DNA from: Cirrosporium novae-zelandiae
Lineage: Eukaryota
Direction of reading: 5' to 3'
Length of the DNA stretch: 64,000 bases
NCBI GenBank assembly: GCA_026023565.1
Contig: JAPETS010000004.1
Coordinates: forward strand, 806,001 to 870,000
Below, piece by piece: positions 12,767 through 24,934 of the stretch. Below the pieces are notes generated by a model that was given only the letters and a program-made list of their open reading frames with translations, searched no databases and had not been told where the DNA came from. Both the position numbers and the translations under genes were made by a program. Within the stretch, counting starts at the first letter, position 1, and every line of letters begins with the position of its first letter.

Positions 12767-14368
12767 CTATTCGATAATCTCGAGCTCTGTCTGCCGAAAA
12801 GGAGCAAAACTATCTTTCGATTCATTCCACATCCGTTCCAGCTCCTCGATATACTGTTTGTGGATCTTCTCAACATATTCCGGATCTGGTTTTGCGCTCT
12901 GCTGGATTTTGATGGGCCTTCCGATCACGATGTTGACCGGTCTTCGGTATGGCATCATTCCAACATCATAATTGAAGACCCCTCGAGCATGAAACAGTGG
13001 TAGGGTCCAACCCAATATCTTTTTCATCAGGAGTTGACCCTTGCGTATAATCGGGTGTTTATCTGGTGAAATCTGTTCGTAGAGGTCATTCTCTCCAAAC
13101 CCAATAACGGGAACGAGATCTGCCCCAGTCCGTATGGCAAGCTTAACAAAGCCTAGTCGTCTTTTGAGGACTAATTTCATGGACCCTGGTACCGAATCTA
13201 GAGACTCTCGAGCACCCCCTACAACAATTGTAATAGCGCGACCCATCCCTTCTCCGTTTATACCACCCTTGCTTAGAATATTCTCGCACGATTCTCTTGA
13301 CACTGAAGCCAACCCCATCGCAAGAGCATAGTCTTTGTAGACTGGTATACGGAAATTAGAATCTAATGTAAGGAGTGTGTTGGTAATTCCTGGGAACAAT
13401 TGGCTAAATCCTAGTGCCTCGGTACCGAATGCGCAAAAGGCTCCCAGGGATAGGATACCATGAGGATGATAACCAAAGATATATTTTCTAGTGGGAGGAA
13501 GAGGTTCTGATCTGTGCAGTCGCATAGGAAAGTAAGACGCAAAAAGCGACCATATCTTCAACGACCGTATAAATTCCGAACGGTGAGAAAGCGTGCCGTC
13601 ATATCCGGCAGGGGATGCAAGAACATATATCAGGTATGGAACAAGGATCGGCCATGTGAGAGGTATTGCAGCGATGAGAAAGAATATTGTGAGAAGGATG
13701 ACAATCGTTAGGGTGTGACAGAGTACTACCAAAGTTTGGAGACGTCGCTTGAGAGGAATATTCAAAGGGGCAAAGCGTATGCTAGATATTATTGTCAGCG
13801 TCGGCCTGCAATTGGAGTGAAAATGGTAAGTGTGATAAAAAGCAGCGCACAACGTTCTGAGGGTGTATCCTTCTGAAGGTTTCAAGATTAATCCATCCAA
13901 TAAGGGGGCTCGGTCATAGAAGTGATCTGCATCGATTTTGGAATAAAAAATATATATGTATATATACCTGCTCCTTTCCCATCCAGCGGCAGCTCTTCTC
14001 CCACTAACTAATTCGCTCTCACTCCGTTTCCGCCGTTGCAGTCTACCGGTATGGTTTGGTTCAGACTTGGCATAACCGTTGGACCCATTGGCTCCATTGG
14101 CCATCCAAGCATGCATTCCATTTGGGATTTTTCTCCCTCTTAGATGGGATGTATTTTTGTTATCTTGGTGATCCTTCTCTTCTCCGTTAGATAGCTCTAT
14201 ATTGTCATATTGAGGAAGGTTGTCAGCGAGAAAATGATTGACAAAGCCATTTGTATTCTCGACAGCAACATCAGCGTAGGACTTTGGTGGGAGGTGCTGT
14301 TTCATCCGTTCCTTAGGATCCGAGTGCTCCGTGTTTAATAGGTCACTATTGGTGATGGTAGGGGCCAT
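12767..14368 (-). CDS. DGA1: Diacylglycerol O-acyltransferase (DGAT2 family)
   Basis: IRFAPLNIPLKRRLQT, YFP, YIFGYHPHG, IVVGGARESL, RLGFVKLAIRTGADLVPVIGFGENDLY and RPVNIVIGRPI motifs. One intron at 13782-13967. Confidence 0.93.
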   Translation of the reverse strand: MAPTITNSDLLNTEHSDPKERMKQHLPPKSYADVAVENTNGFVNHFLADNLPQYDNIELSNGEEKDHQDNKNTSHLRGRKIPNGMHAWMANGANGSNGYAKSEPNHTGRLQRRKRSESELVSGRRAAAGWERSRYIYIYIFYSKIDADHFYDRAPLLDGLILKPSEGYTLRTLCAAFYHTYHFHSNCRPTLTIISSIRFAPLNIPLKRRLQTLVVLCHTLTIVILLTIFFLIAAIPLTWPILVPYLIYVLASPAGYDGTLSHRSEFIRSLKIWSLFASYFPMRLHRSEPLPPTRKYIFGYHPHGILSLGAFCAFGTEALGFSQLFPGITNTLLTLDSNFRIPVYKDYALAMGLASVSRESCENILSKGGINGEGMGRAITIVVGGARESLDSVPGSMKLVLKRRLGFVKLAIRTGADLVPVIGFGENDLYEQISPDKHPIIRKGQLLMKKILGWTLPLFHARGVFNYDVGMMPYRRPVNIVIGRPIKIQQSAKPDPEYVEKIHKQYIEELERMWNESKDSFAPFRQTELEIIE

Positions 14369-15001
14369 AGCCCTTGTTATAAGTAGTGAAGGCTTTGTGA
14401 AGGCGGCGGAGAGTTTGGGTGGAAGAAAAAAGCACTAAAGACTGTAAATAAAGGTCTATTGTTGTGGTTGATGTTGATATGTAAGAAATTTCTTAGGTAT
14501 TATGCAAAACGCAAAGTTCCATGATTGATGGTGTGGATGATATTCACATGCTGGCTCGCGAATCACCCACGTCATTTTAGGAATGTTAAATTTGAATCCA
14601 CCTTTGCGGCCGAGAGATGCGATGCCTTAGAAGCTGAATAGCCCGATGTGCCGGATAATATTGTCGCAGACCCAATGAATAAAAAATATCCCGCCCAAGT
14701 CGGTTTTTTATGTTTTACTATGTATCAGACTATTATAAATCAGGTATAACGCAAAAAAACATCACGTTTCAACTAATTATTGTTGTTTAGTCACAACGTA
14801 AATGTCTCTTGATCGATTTTTGGATTGTGGCTAGCCACTCTTAGTACATCTCATCATTAGTCGTGCTGCATGTGAAGCCAACAGGTTACTATATGCTTGC
14901 ATGTGCCAAAAGTCCTCTCGTATGCTTCGTTGACCCTTTCAACTAAGTCGGAGTAAAAGCCGTCAAAGCTCCGATTAATCTCCTTGAAAAATGTTAACCC
15001 A

Positions 15002-17355
15002 TTATACTACCACCTCCTCCGTTTCCTCCATGATTTCCTCCACAATTTCTTCCACAACTGTCTCTCCATCCTCATCTGCATTTTCCTCTTCTGGATATAT
15101 ACCCAACTCTTCACGCTCTTCCTCCAGCATCTTTTGTTCTTCCTCCCTCCAAGCCCGCCATTCCTGGATTAACCGCTTCCTCTGTTCTACAATTGCCGTA
15201 TTGGCCATGGTCACCGCATACTGATCTTCCTCTTCAAACTCTTTGCTGTAATCACGTAGAGTCTTTCGGATCTGCTTTTGCTCGTCTTTGGAGAGGAGAG
15301 TTGGTGGCCTTGGCCGCCAGAGCAGCTGTTTGAATTTATCAATATGCTCCTCTCGAAGAAGTTCACCGGAGAAACTATAGAGATGGTAACCATTTTCCAT
15401 CTACAAGAAAATCAGTATAATAAATTGGGACATCCGGAATTGGAGTGGATAACTCACCGAATGGCGGAAAAAACTGGCACTGGAAACTACATAACGTCCA
15501 GTGGGATCCCATTCGATGTCTGTGACACCAAAATGCTCACTGGTAGACATCAGCTGTAGGTTGGCAGTTAAATCTTTATCTGCATCGGACTTTTCACCCT
15601 CAAAGTCGAGATCCCAGAAATCAAGGTCGAAACTCTGCTGGGAATGAACGGTAGCAACAACAACAAATCTACCTTTAGGTGACCAGTAGATTCCGTTGCT
15701 AGTCTTCCGTTCAATAGTTCGGATGAGCTTGAAATTTCCAACCCCTCCAGTCCTAATCTTTTCAGGACAGAAAAATGATACCGAAGTTTTAGGGGGGACC
15801 GCGGTAGCGCCTACAATTTCACCAGTGGTGATGAGCACAAAACGATCACCCTTGGGCTCCCATGCAAAATTGATAACGGTGTCTTTGATGGAGTCGACAA
15901 CTTCAACCGGAACTCCCTTTTCCTTGATTCGGAATATCTCTAAATTTGTTGCTAAAGATTTCTTCGACTTTGAATGGCGGTCAACTTTAACACAGACGTA
16001 GGCTGCCTGAGATTGCCAATGTAGTTTGGCATCAGAGACATTGAAGAGGTTCCGAGTTCTAACAATCTCTTTTGAGGGAATACTCATTAAACCAACCTTT
16101 GCAGGATTGCTACCGATTTCTGGGGTCCAATAGCAAAACAATTGTTCGTACTGGTTGACGCCGGCTCGGTGAGGAGTGGCTGGAGCCCATTCAAAGTCTA
16201 CCACACCTTCAATCTTGATAGAGGTCTTGTCGAAAAGGTTCATCCTTGGCAATTCGTAGATCGAAATTGATTGACCGGGGAGAACTCTGGCGACATATTT
16301 GTCATCTGCAGACCATTTGAAAGCAGGCCACTGGACCTTTTTCTTTGCTGGTTGCCCACTGTCGTCAACACTTGGCCCTGGTACATCATGGGCTGCAAAC
16401 GAGCGGATTGGCTTTCCTGTTTCGATATCCCAGATGATTATATTCTTCCCGTCCTCCTCGAAAGTAAGCACGGGATGGCCTTCATCAATTTGCATTGGTC
16501 TCTTAGACCACGTAACCAGAAATTTTTCATTGGGAGAAAAGTCAATCAAGTCCACGAATGGGTGGGCAAACCGTTTCTGTTTTCCCCATGATGATCCGCC
16601 CCATAGCTGCACACCTTGTTGGTGAACAGAAGCAAGGAATGTGCCTAGTGGTGACCATTGTACGAAAACCTCTGTCCAACGATGACGGTCAACAATAGAT
16701 TCAGGAGGATCTTTCTTCCTATTCCAGAAGACACCAACATTGTCGCCACGGTACATCACAAACTGGTCGCGAGCACCCGGTTCCTCAAGCCACCAGCGCA
16801 AATATTCTCTCTCCTGGAATGGCTCAATCTCAGGTGGTTGATAGTCTTCATCTACACGTCCTTCTCGTCCATATCGCTCGATATCGGTAAGTTTGTTGAC
16901 CGCAATAGTATGTTTTCTGTCCAGGTTCCATCCATGTAATTGTTTTGTGGCCTGAATTGCTTGCTCAGACGTCTCATATTCCACAAATGCGTAGCTGCAA
17001 AAACTTAGTAATAGTAGTAGATATGGGCCTTGATGCATACCCTTCAGATTTGTTTGCATCATTCATAGGCATAAATATAGCATCTTCACTAGTATTTCCC
17101 ACCGTTTTCAATTTTTTCAGTAAAAACTTAAGAAGCTGTGGTTTCTTCTCAGCTGGCACAACCGGAAGTCCATCCAAGACCACAAATGTGTCCAAGCCTT
17201 CCTCTAACCGCACGTCATATTGGTCTTTGAGATCTGTTCGACTTTGTGGTCAGCGGGAATTCATATCAAAACGAAAGAAATTTCCAACCCGAGTAATCAA
17301 TTTCACTCTCATCAAACTCCTCCTCATCGGGGAGATTCTCAAAGCCTGGAGACAT
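15002..17355 (-). CDS. PRT1: Translation initiation factor eIF3 subunit b
   Basis: Start [25 protein letters not shown] ([11 protein letters not shown]...GYAFVEY), beta-propeller ([31 protein letters not shown]), C-terminal [30 protein letters not shown]. Three introns. Confidence 0.95.
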
Positions 17356-17802
17356 CCTGGCAGAGCTCTGAAAGAAGCCTAATAAATTTATTTGCGAGCA
17401 ATACCTTTTGATTGTGTTCTTGTCGTCGTCGATTTCACTTGACTGTCTTAATTTGTGGTTTAGTTGTGTGGAAGTTGAGGGCAAAACTGTATTCAGTTAG
17501 CATGATAACTTAATAAGGCTGGTCTTGGCATTGGACGGTTTTAAGCGATACGCTAACCTCCAGATGATGATGGAGAAGATCCCAGCTCTCTCACTTGCGC
17601 ATCGCATAGCTAAGACACTATTCAGACATTTGGACCTTCAACTTTGAATCATTCTTCGTTACTACACGCCATCTTTTTCGAGGCCCATATCCCTCATCAA
17701 ACCCCAACATACGTACACACCAATGAACTCCTAGCTTGAGTCCTCACTACAGATTCACTATTATTTACCTTCAACTTTAACTACCGTTTCTAAGCGCCCA
17801 AG

Positions 17803-18886
17803 ATGCCTTGTAGGAGCTTCTTCTTTACCCACTTCCTTCAATCATTGATATCTGACCTCCCTTAGTATCGCAAGATGAAGAGGTCCAATACACTGCCATC
17901 ATCGACTCAATCTTGGCAAAAAGTGACCTGGAAAAGGTTACAGCGAAGCAAATAAAAAATGCGCTTCAGAGGGAAGTTGACCGGGACCTCACCGCTCAAA
18001 AGGTATCAACATTTTATGGAACTCTTGGGATTTATTACTAATTGAGAAACAAGGGCGCGATCAAGGAGCTCATTATGGCCCGTTTCGACGAAGCCGCTGG
18101 GGTTGGAGCTGAGGCTGATCAGAAGCCCAATGATTTGACTAATGGCCATGGACCAACTCCAGACTCTGCCTTGGATACTACAGAATCTAACCATCAGGTA
18201 TCCGAAACTCCGTCTTCTGATAAATCGCCGAAAAAGCGCAAGGACAACTCAGAGGACGACGACTTATCCGACGTTCCCAGTACTCCACCCAAGAAGCGAC
18301 AGCGAAAACAGGACTCCATTGAAGATGATGAAGCTTATGCGAAGCGCCTACAGGCCGAAGAGAATCTACGAGCGAGGCCAACAAGAGGTGGTGCTACGAG
18401 GAAAGCTGCAGCTCCCAAAAAGAAGAAGCGTGCCCCGGCAAAAGCCAAGTCGGCGAAAAAGATCCGAGCCGAGGATGACAGCGGAGCAGAGAGTTCTGGA
18501 TCAGATGTGAAGAAAGAGAGGAAGGTCAATCGAAATTCGGGTTTCCATGTCAGTAATATTTGAATAACTTCATTAAAACTTCCTACTAACATTTCGCAGA
18601 AAGAACTCACTCTTTCACCAAACCTTTCAGCCCTATTAAACGGGGAAACTAAAGTAAGTCAATACTATTTCAATGTATCAGTTACAGAGACTGACCGCTC
18701 TAGCTGTCGCGACCACAAACTGTAAAGAAAATATGGGAATATATTAAGGCGAATAACCTTCAAGATCCCAACGATAAGCGCCAGATTCTTTGCGACGAAA
18801 TAATGAAGTCGGTTTTCAAAACTGATCGTATTCATATGTTCACGATGAACAAGGTCTTGAACCAAAATCTTTATGATGAAGAGTGA
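17803..18886 (+). CDS. DEK-C plus SWIB/MDM2 domain protein (Uaf30/Tri1 family)
   Basis: Spliced N-terminus MPLSQDEEVQYTAIIDSILAKSDLEKVTAKQIKNALQ (DEK-C). C-terminal GFHKELTLSPNLSALLNGETKLSRPQTVKKIWEYIKANNLQDPNDKRQILCDEIMKSVFK (SWIB). Four introns. Confidence 0.85.
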
Positions 18887-19187
18887 TGGGGCAAGTGTCG
18901 TAAGATAACCATCTCTGTGAACTAACAATGATTAACAACTTCTAGAAGGATGAATACTCATGGTTTCCGTTTCTCAAGCAGTTGATGATTTTCATTCCCT
19001 TTTCATTACGTTTTACAGACTCGGGATTTCTTCAGCGAGGTGTTGGTGGTTTAAAATTGGACCGGAGCATTACAAAAGCTTATATGGCTTCATAAGGCAT
19101 TAACCTATCATATTTGGATTTCCATGAGGCCAATCTTGAGGATATTAGCAAATAAATCATTTAGCAAATATAGAAACTATTTCAAAG

Positions 19188-22004
19188 TTATGCCTCATTG
19201 GTATCCTGTTCGGAATTAATGCTTCCATGATCCACCTCGTCAGTCTCAGTTGTACTGCTCTCCACTCCCATTTGCATCCCAGTATCCTCATCAGCATCTT
19301 TCTCAATAGCGGCTAGCCTCGTTGCAAACTCAACCTGAAGTCTCTTTATCCAGTTCCACAGCACTGCTCCTTCCATTTTCCCTTCTCTTGCCTGCTCGAG
19401 TTGCTCTTTCAAGCCAAAAATCAACTTTCGTCTTCTCGCAACAGCCAACGCACGATTACCCTTCTTTTTCTTTTCAATGAGCTCATTGAGCTTCCCGCTA
19501 ACCGTCGCAGCTGTGCGGACAACATTTTCCGGGAGAGAGGCAACCTTGGCTAACGCAAGTCCATATTGCGTTTCCTCCACCACACCATCGGCAACTCGGT
19601 AAAGCATCGTCATGGCCTTCTCTTCGAGGCGCAAATCAACTTCCAGATGGAGACTTACGACTCCGCTGCGTTCCGCCAATACACGTGCAAGATCCCGGAA
19701 ATGAGTAGCGAACCAAACAAGGGCGTGAGACTCTATAAGGGCTTCAGCAATTGCAATAGCGATTGCGAGCCCATCTCGCGTGCTGGTGCCACGGCCGAGC
19801 TCATCAATAATGACGAGGCTCCGGTGAGAGATATTTCGGAGTATGAAGGCGGTTTCGCGCATTTCAGCCGCGAAGGAGGAGACATTAGCTTCAATGTTTG
19901 AGTCGGAGGATACGCGTGCGAATAGTTGGTGTGAGAGGGGGAATGAAGCATACTCTGCTGGGATGAAGCAGCCGATTTGGGCAAGGATGGAGTTTAGTGC
20001 GATGGATCGGATGTAGGTACTCTTTCCGGACATGTTGCAGCCTGTAACTATTTGGAAGCGAGATTGTTGCGTGGCATAGGCATCATTTGGGATGTACTTG
20101 ACGTCCTTATGGGCTTTTACATATACAGGGTGTCGACCTGATTTGATGGCTAGTGTTGAAGTAAGTTCCGGTCGAACATAGGAATCAAACGTCGCTAGAT
20201 GGGCAAATGATGCGAGTATGTCGAGCATAGCGATGGACTCACTTGTTTGGGAAAGCGTGGATACATTAGATTGGATGGAAGATATAAGATCCTATTCTTT
20301 GAGTCATTTCTTGTAGTTGTCAGATTGTATTCGCAGTAGTTTTACGTACCTGAACAGCAGCATCACTCAACTGTAGTACTTCATGGTGAGCATCCAGCAC
20401 CTTTTGATTCTGTTTCATAAGGGCAAGGGTTTGACACTCAATATAGGTCTTCTTACGGATAATATTCGTGAAAACGGGTGGAATGACACGATCAGCCAGG
20501 CCAACAAGAGGTATCCGAAAGTAATATTGCCGTGCGGGGTCGTACTGGAGGTCTATTGAGAGTTCATGTTCTCTGCAAAGGTCTGAATAAAGTTGGCGGG
20601 CATCATCATCAGCTTCTCTATACGTTGCTCTACTCACATCTAGAAGCCCATTGGCGCCTGCTTTGACGGCGTAAGTTCGTTGGTTTCTCAAGTCAAGAGG
20701 CTTGCTTTGATATGTTGTTTCCTCATTAATAGTGTTTGTGATGAGTTCTTCGACCTCCTCTATGCGGGAAGGAGCACAAAGCTCCCTAATTTCCTTCAGT
20801 AAACCACTCATTGCACCGGTCAAGGCTTCATATATTGGCCGGATAGACTCGACGTATTGCTTGAGCATGATGACATTATTGATTGACTGCTCGGCATACT
20901 GAACCGTCGCTTTTGTTGGGACAACTATAATCTAGATATGCGTTAACGGTCGTAGAACTAACATGTCATTTCATACTGACAGCTGCCAAGACTCTATCTG
21001 CATCTAGAAATTTTGTTAAAGCTAAAATCAATTTAGTATGCATAAAGTTCTTCTTAGCAGGTTAAATATATGAACCTTTTCTGATTCCAGAGAACATATC
21101 TTCCTTCTCCGTTAGCTCTAGTACCGCATCATATCTTGCTTTAAGCGTCTCGCTATCAGTTGAAGGTTGTAAGATATTGCTTTTTAGTAGTCTTGCGCCC
21201 ATTGGTGTTAATGTCTCGTTCAACAACCCAAACAAACAATTCCTAGATTTTGCATTTAGCGCATTCTGAATTAGTTCAAGAGATTGTATAGTTGATAGGT
21301 CTATCATCATAGAGCCTTCGGAAGGCTCAAATTTGATCCGAAGAGAGTGAAAAGGGAATGAAAGACTGAGAGCTAGCTCTATATATTTGAGAGCCTAGAT
21401 ATATTAGCCAACGGAATAGAAGTAAGACGCCGGTACCTACTGCAGCGAAGCAGCAAGCGGCAAAGTAATTGTTTTCGACTGAGATTCTTAAGGACTCAAT
21501 GTCCTTCTTAAAAGCAAACTGTTGGATGTACTCATGGCCTGTATTTTCAGCCCAATATTTCCGGTCGATAACAGTAATATCTACATCTGGAATATTTTCT
21601 TCAACGGTAGAATAGAGCTTCGACTTTGGGTTTGCCGTAGTCGACATGAACAATATCTCAGTAGGTTCAAGAAAAACGAGTTTATTAATGGTTTTAATGT
21701 ATGACTGGCTGTCGCAGATCTGGCAGAGAACTGCTTCTGTTGTAGAAAGATTGACAAATGCGAGGCCCACAGTGGGAGAAATGCCTCGAGACTCACTGAT
21801 AGCGCAGATGATTGTCTGATCACTCACCCCCCCGGCAGTGGATGCCGCAGTCCTTGCACGGCCTGATTTTGACCTTCTTGATCTACGTTGGCCTGTCATA
21901 GGTCTGGAGTTGGTAGTAGTGTACTCATATTCAGGGTAGGCGATGCTTGCTGAACAATACAAGTTGGAAGGAGTGCTCTGACTCGATCTGCTACCTGAAG
22001 TCAT
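19188..22004 (-). CDS. MSH4: Meiotic MutS-gamma protein Msh4
   Basis: ESRGISPTVGLAFVNL, MMIDLSTIQSLELIQN, QRTYAVKAGANGLLDVSR, P-loop TGCNMSGKSTY and DELGRGTS. No N-terminal mismatch-binding domain. The exons join in frame; the start ATG at 22004 is uncertain. Confidence 0.88.
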
Positions 22005-22259
22005 TGATTCGTCTGTCAAGTTTCATAAGCAAGAGTGATCATGATGGTTGTTGTATAAGGTTAGTAAATCGGAGGTTAAGGAGGTGTTACAACGAGTAAG
22101 AGTCATGTTTCTAATAATTATCGTAGGGCTGAGTGAGACTAAAAGGCCGTCCTCCGGCGGTGTCCAATGGCAATAAACTTTGATAACCAAAATCGTCAAA
22201 TTTTTGGAAATCTGCACCTTGGTGTCTCCAGAAGCCCTCTACCACCATAATTACTCAAA

Positions 22260-24022
22260 ATGGCTACAATTTTACCACCTCCAAGCAAAAGACAAAAAGT
22301 CGCAGCTGCTGCAAAAGCAAGAGAGCAACAAGATATTGGCGGCATTCCTGAAGGATTGGGCCATGTCAGAGTGCAGTTTGTTGATCAAAGTACTGGTCAA
22401 CCTACAACCTCTCCCGTTGCGATAGCAGTGTCTGATTCGACTGTCAAAAATCTCGAGCTCCTGCTTAATGGCTTGCTGGGTAATGTGAGTCAGCACCCTA
22501 GACTGCAATTCATATTACGCAGACTTCGAAACCAATTTCCTTAGCTAAAAACTCATGAGATATAGGACATTGATGACAGGATACCATACCGGTTTTCGTT
22601 CAATCGCGGGCCACAGAAAGACAATAATACATCAGAAAATGTAGACATCTTATCTGATCTATACCAAGCTATTCTAGCCCCAGGTCTGAAGACTATCGAA
22701 GATACCATAAGCCTTCAGTATGATTTTACCCGCTTTATTTGGAAGCCTTTCTACAATGCGATTTATTCACGAGGCTCACAAACCATCCCTGTTTGGAAAT
22801 TTGCCTTAGGGGAGACCAGATATGCTAACAGTCAGCTAGATATACCCCACAGGCAGTTTTTCGAGTTAGGGCAGTTTCAAGATGCACTTCCTCGATAGCG
22901 GGTCACGGTCAAGCTATATTAGCCACTGCTTTCTCGCCGGCATCATCCAGTACTATGGTGAGTGGAAGTGGGGACGGAACGGCACGGATATGGGATTGCG
23001 ATACAGGAACACCTCTACACACGTTAAAAGGCCATACAAGTTGGGTTCTAGCTGTAAGCTGGTCACCAGACGATAAAATGATAGCAACTGGAAGCATGGA
23101 CAATACTGTACGACTATGGGATTCGAAATCAGGGAAGGCGCTTTCAAATGCTATGAAAGGTCATACAAAATGGATTACTCGAATTGCGTGGGAACCTTAT
23201 CATTTACAACAGCCAGGGCAACCTCGATTGGCGTCAGCTTCTAAGGATTCCACCGTGCGGATATGGGATGCTATATCAAAGAGGATAGAGATGGTCCTCT
23301 CAGGACATAAGGGATCTGTTAGCTGTGTTCGATGGGGTGGCACAGGCAAAATCTACACATCATCCCACGATAAGACCGTGAAGATATGGAATGCAGAGGA
23401 TGGAACCCTTTTTCAGACGCTTTCAGCACATGCCCATTGGGTTAATCACCTAGCACTATCTACGGATTTTGTTTTGCGAACAGCTTATCACGACTACACT
23501 GGTAAGATTCCTAATACAGAGGCAGGGAAAGTTGAAAAGGCAAAAGAACGTTTCGAAAACGCTGCCACTGTCAATGGCAAGATTACAGAGCGATTATGTA
23601 GCGCTTCTGATGATTTCACGATCTATCTCTGGGAACCTTCTGAGTCCACAAAACCTGTCGCTAGACTACTAGGTCACCAAAAGCAAGTCAATTACGTTAC
23701 GTTTTCCCCAGATGGTCAATACATTTCATCGGCAGGTTTCGACAATCATGTTAAACTGTGGAACGGCCGGGACGGGAAATTCATCAACACGCTGAGAGGT
23801 CATGTTGCTGCCGTATATCAATGCTGTTTTTCGCCGGATTCTCGTTTACTAGTCAGTGCTTCGAAAGATACAACACTGAAGGTTTGGGATGTTCGGACGG
23901 GCCAGCTAGCTATGGATTTACCGGGGCATAAAGACGAAGTGTATGCTGTTGACTGGTCCCCGGATGGCCAAAAGGTGGGGAGCGGAGGTAAAGATAAAGC
24001 TGTCAGAATATGGAGACATTGA
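22260..24022 (+). CDS. RSA4: Ribosome assembly WD40 protein Rsa4/Notchless (NLE domain plus WD repeats)
   Basis: MATILPPPSKRQK start, YTPQAVFRVRAVSRCTSSIAGHGQAILATAFSP and multiple WD40 repeats ending GKDKAVRIWRH. Two introns. Confidence 0.93.
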
Positions 24023-24934
24023 TGTACATTTAGCTACAACTCAAAGTCCTTAAAATCACTCATTTTGCTTCTGAGGCCTCTTAATCAATATAGCGCAAAC
24101 AGAGTGTCCCACGTTCGAGGGTTAATTCCCATTGGGACTCTCCAAATCGCTCATTCTATAGACAACTATAGCTAATGCCTCTGGATTAAATATAGGTCTA
24201 CACACAGTTCGTCTGTCGAAGAGGTCACAAGGGAGCTTGTCGTGTCGTTCATCCGGCTCAATGCAAGTTGCCGATGAATCCTGTGAACCAAGAGAACTTG
24301 GCCGCTGGACGGGAAATACAAAAAACAACATACATAGCCTCATGATATATAAATACTAATAAAAAAATTCTCTAAATAACAAAACTAGAAGGAAGACTAA
24401 AAGAGAGTTAGGTTAAGATGTAACATTGAGAGTCTAAGATACATACTACTTATACTTTGATGGATTATTCGATTGCAATATTGTGTCTATCACTATAAAT
24501 ATAGGATTATAGTTAGACGCTATGAATACTAACTATGATATAGACTAATTACATAGCCTATATAAGATTACAATTACTATCACGACCATGTAGAATTTAT
24601 AGAAAACCCTTCAAGAACTAATCAACGTAACTAGGTACCTAGCCTTAAGAATTCTCTCCATACTACATTCATACATATACATATAACTTACTATGTATGG
24701 GCCGAAATCACGAATGCTTGGCTTTCGTCAAGGCCTTTTAGCCCCGAGGATCCGACCTTGAATGTTTGTTCGCGACGACCAACTTCCCAACCTAGGCAAT
24801 ACTCCATTTGCAGTGAACTCGACATCAATAATGAATACAAAATTATCAAGATACGCAAGGGCCCGAAGAAATTATATTGAGGATTAATTGTATTTTGATG
24901 ACCTAGCTGTACTACAAAACAAACTAGAGGCCTC

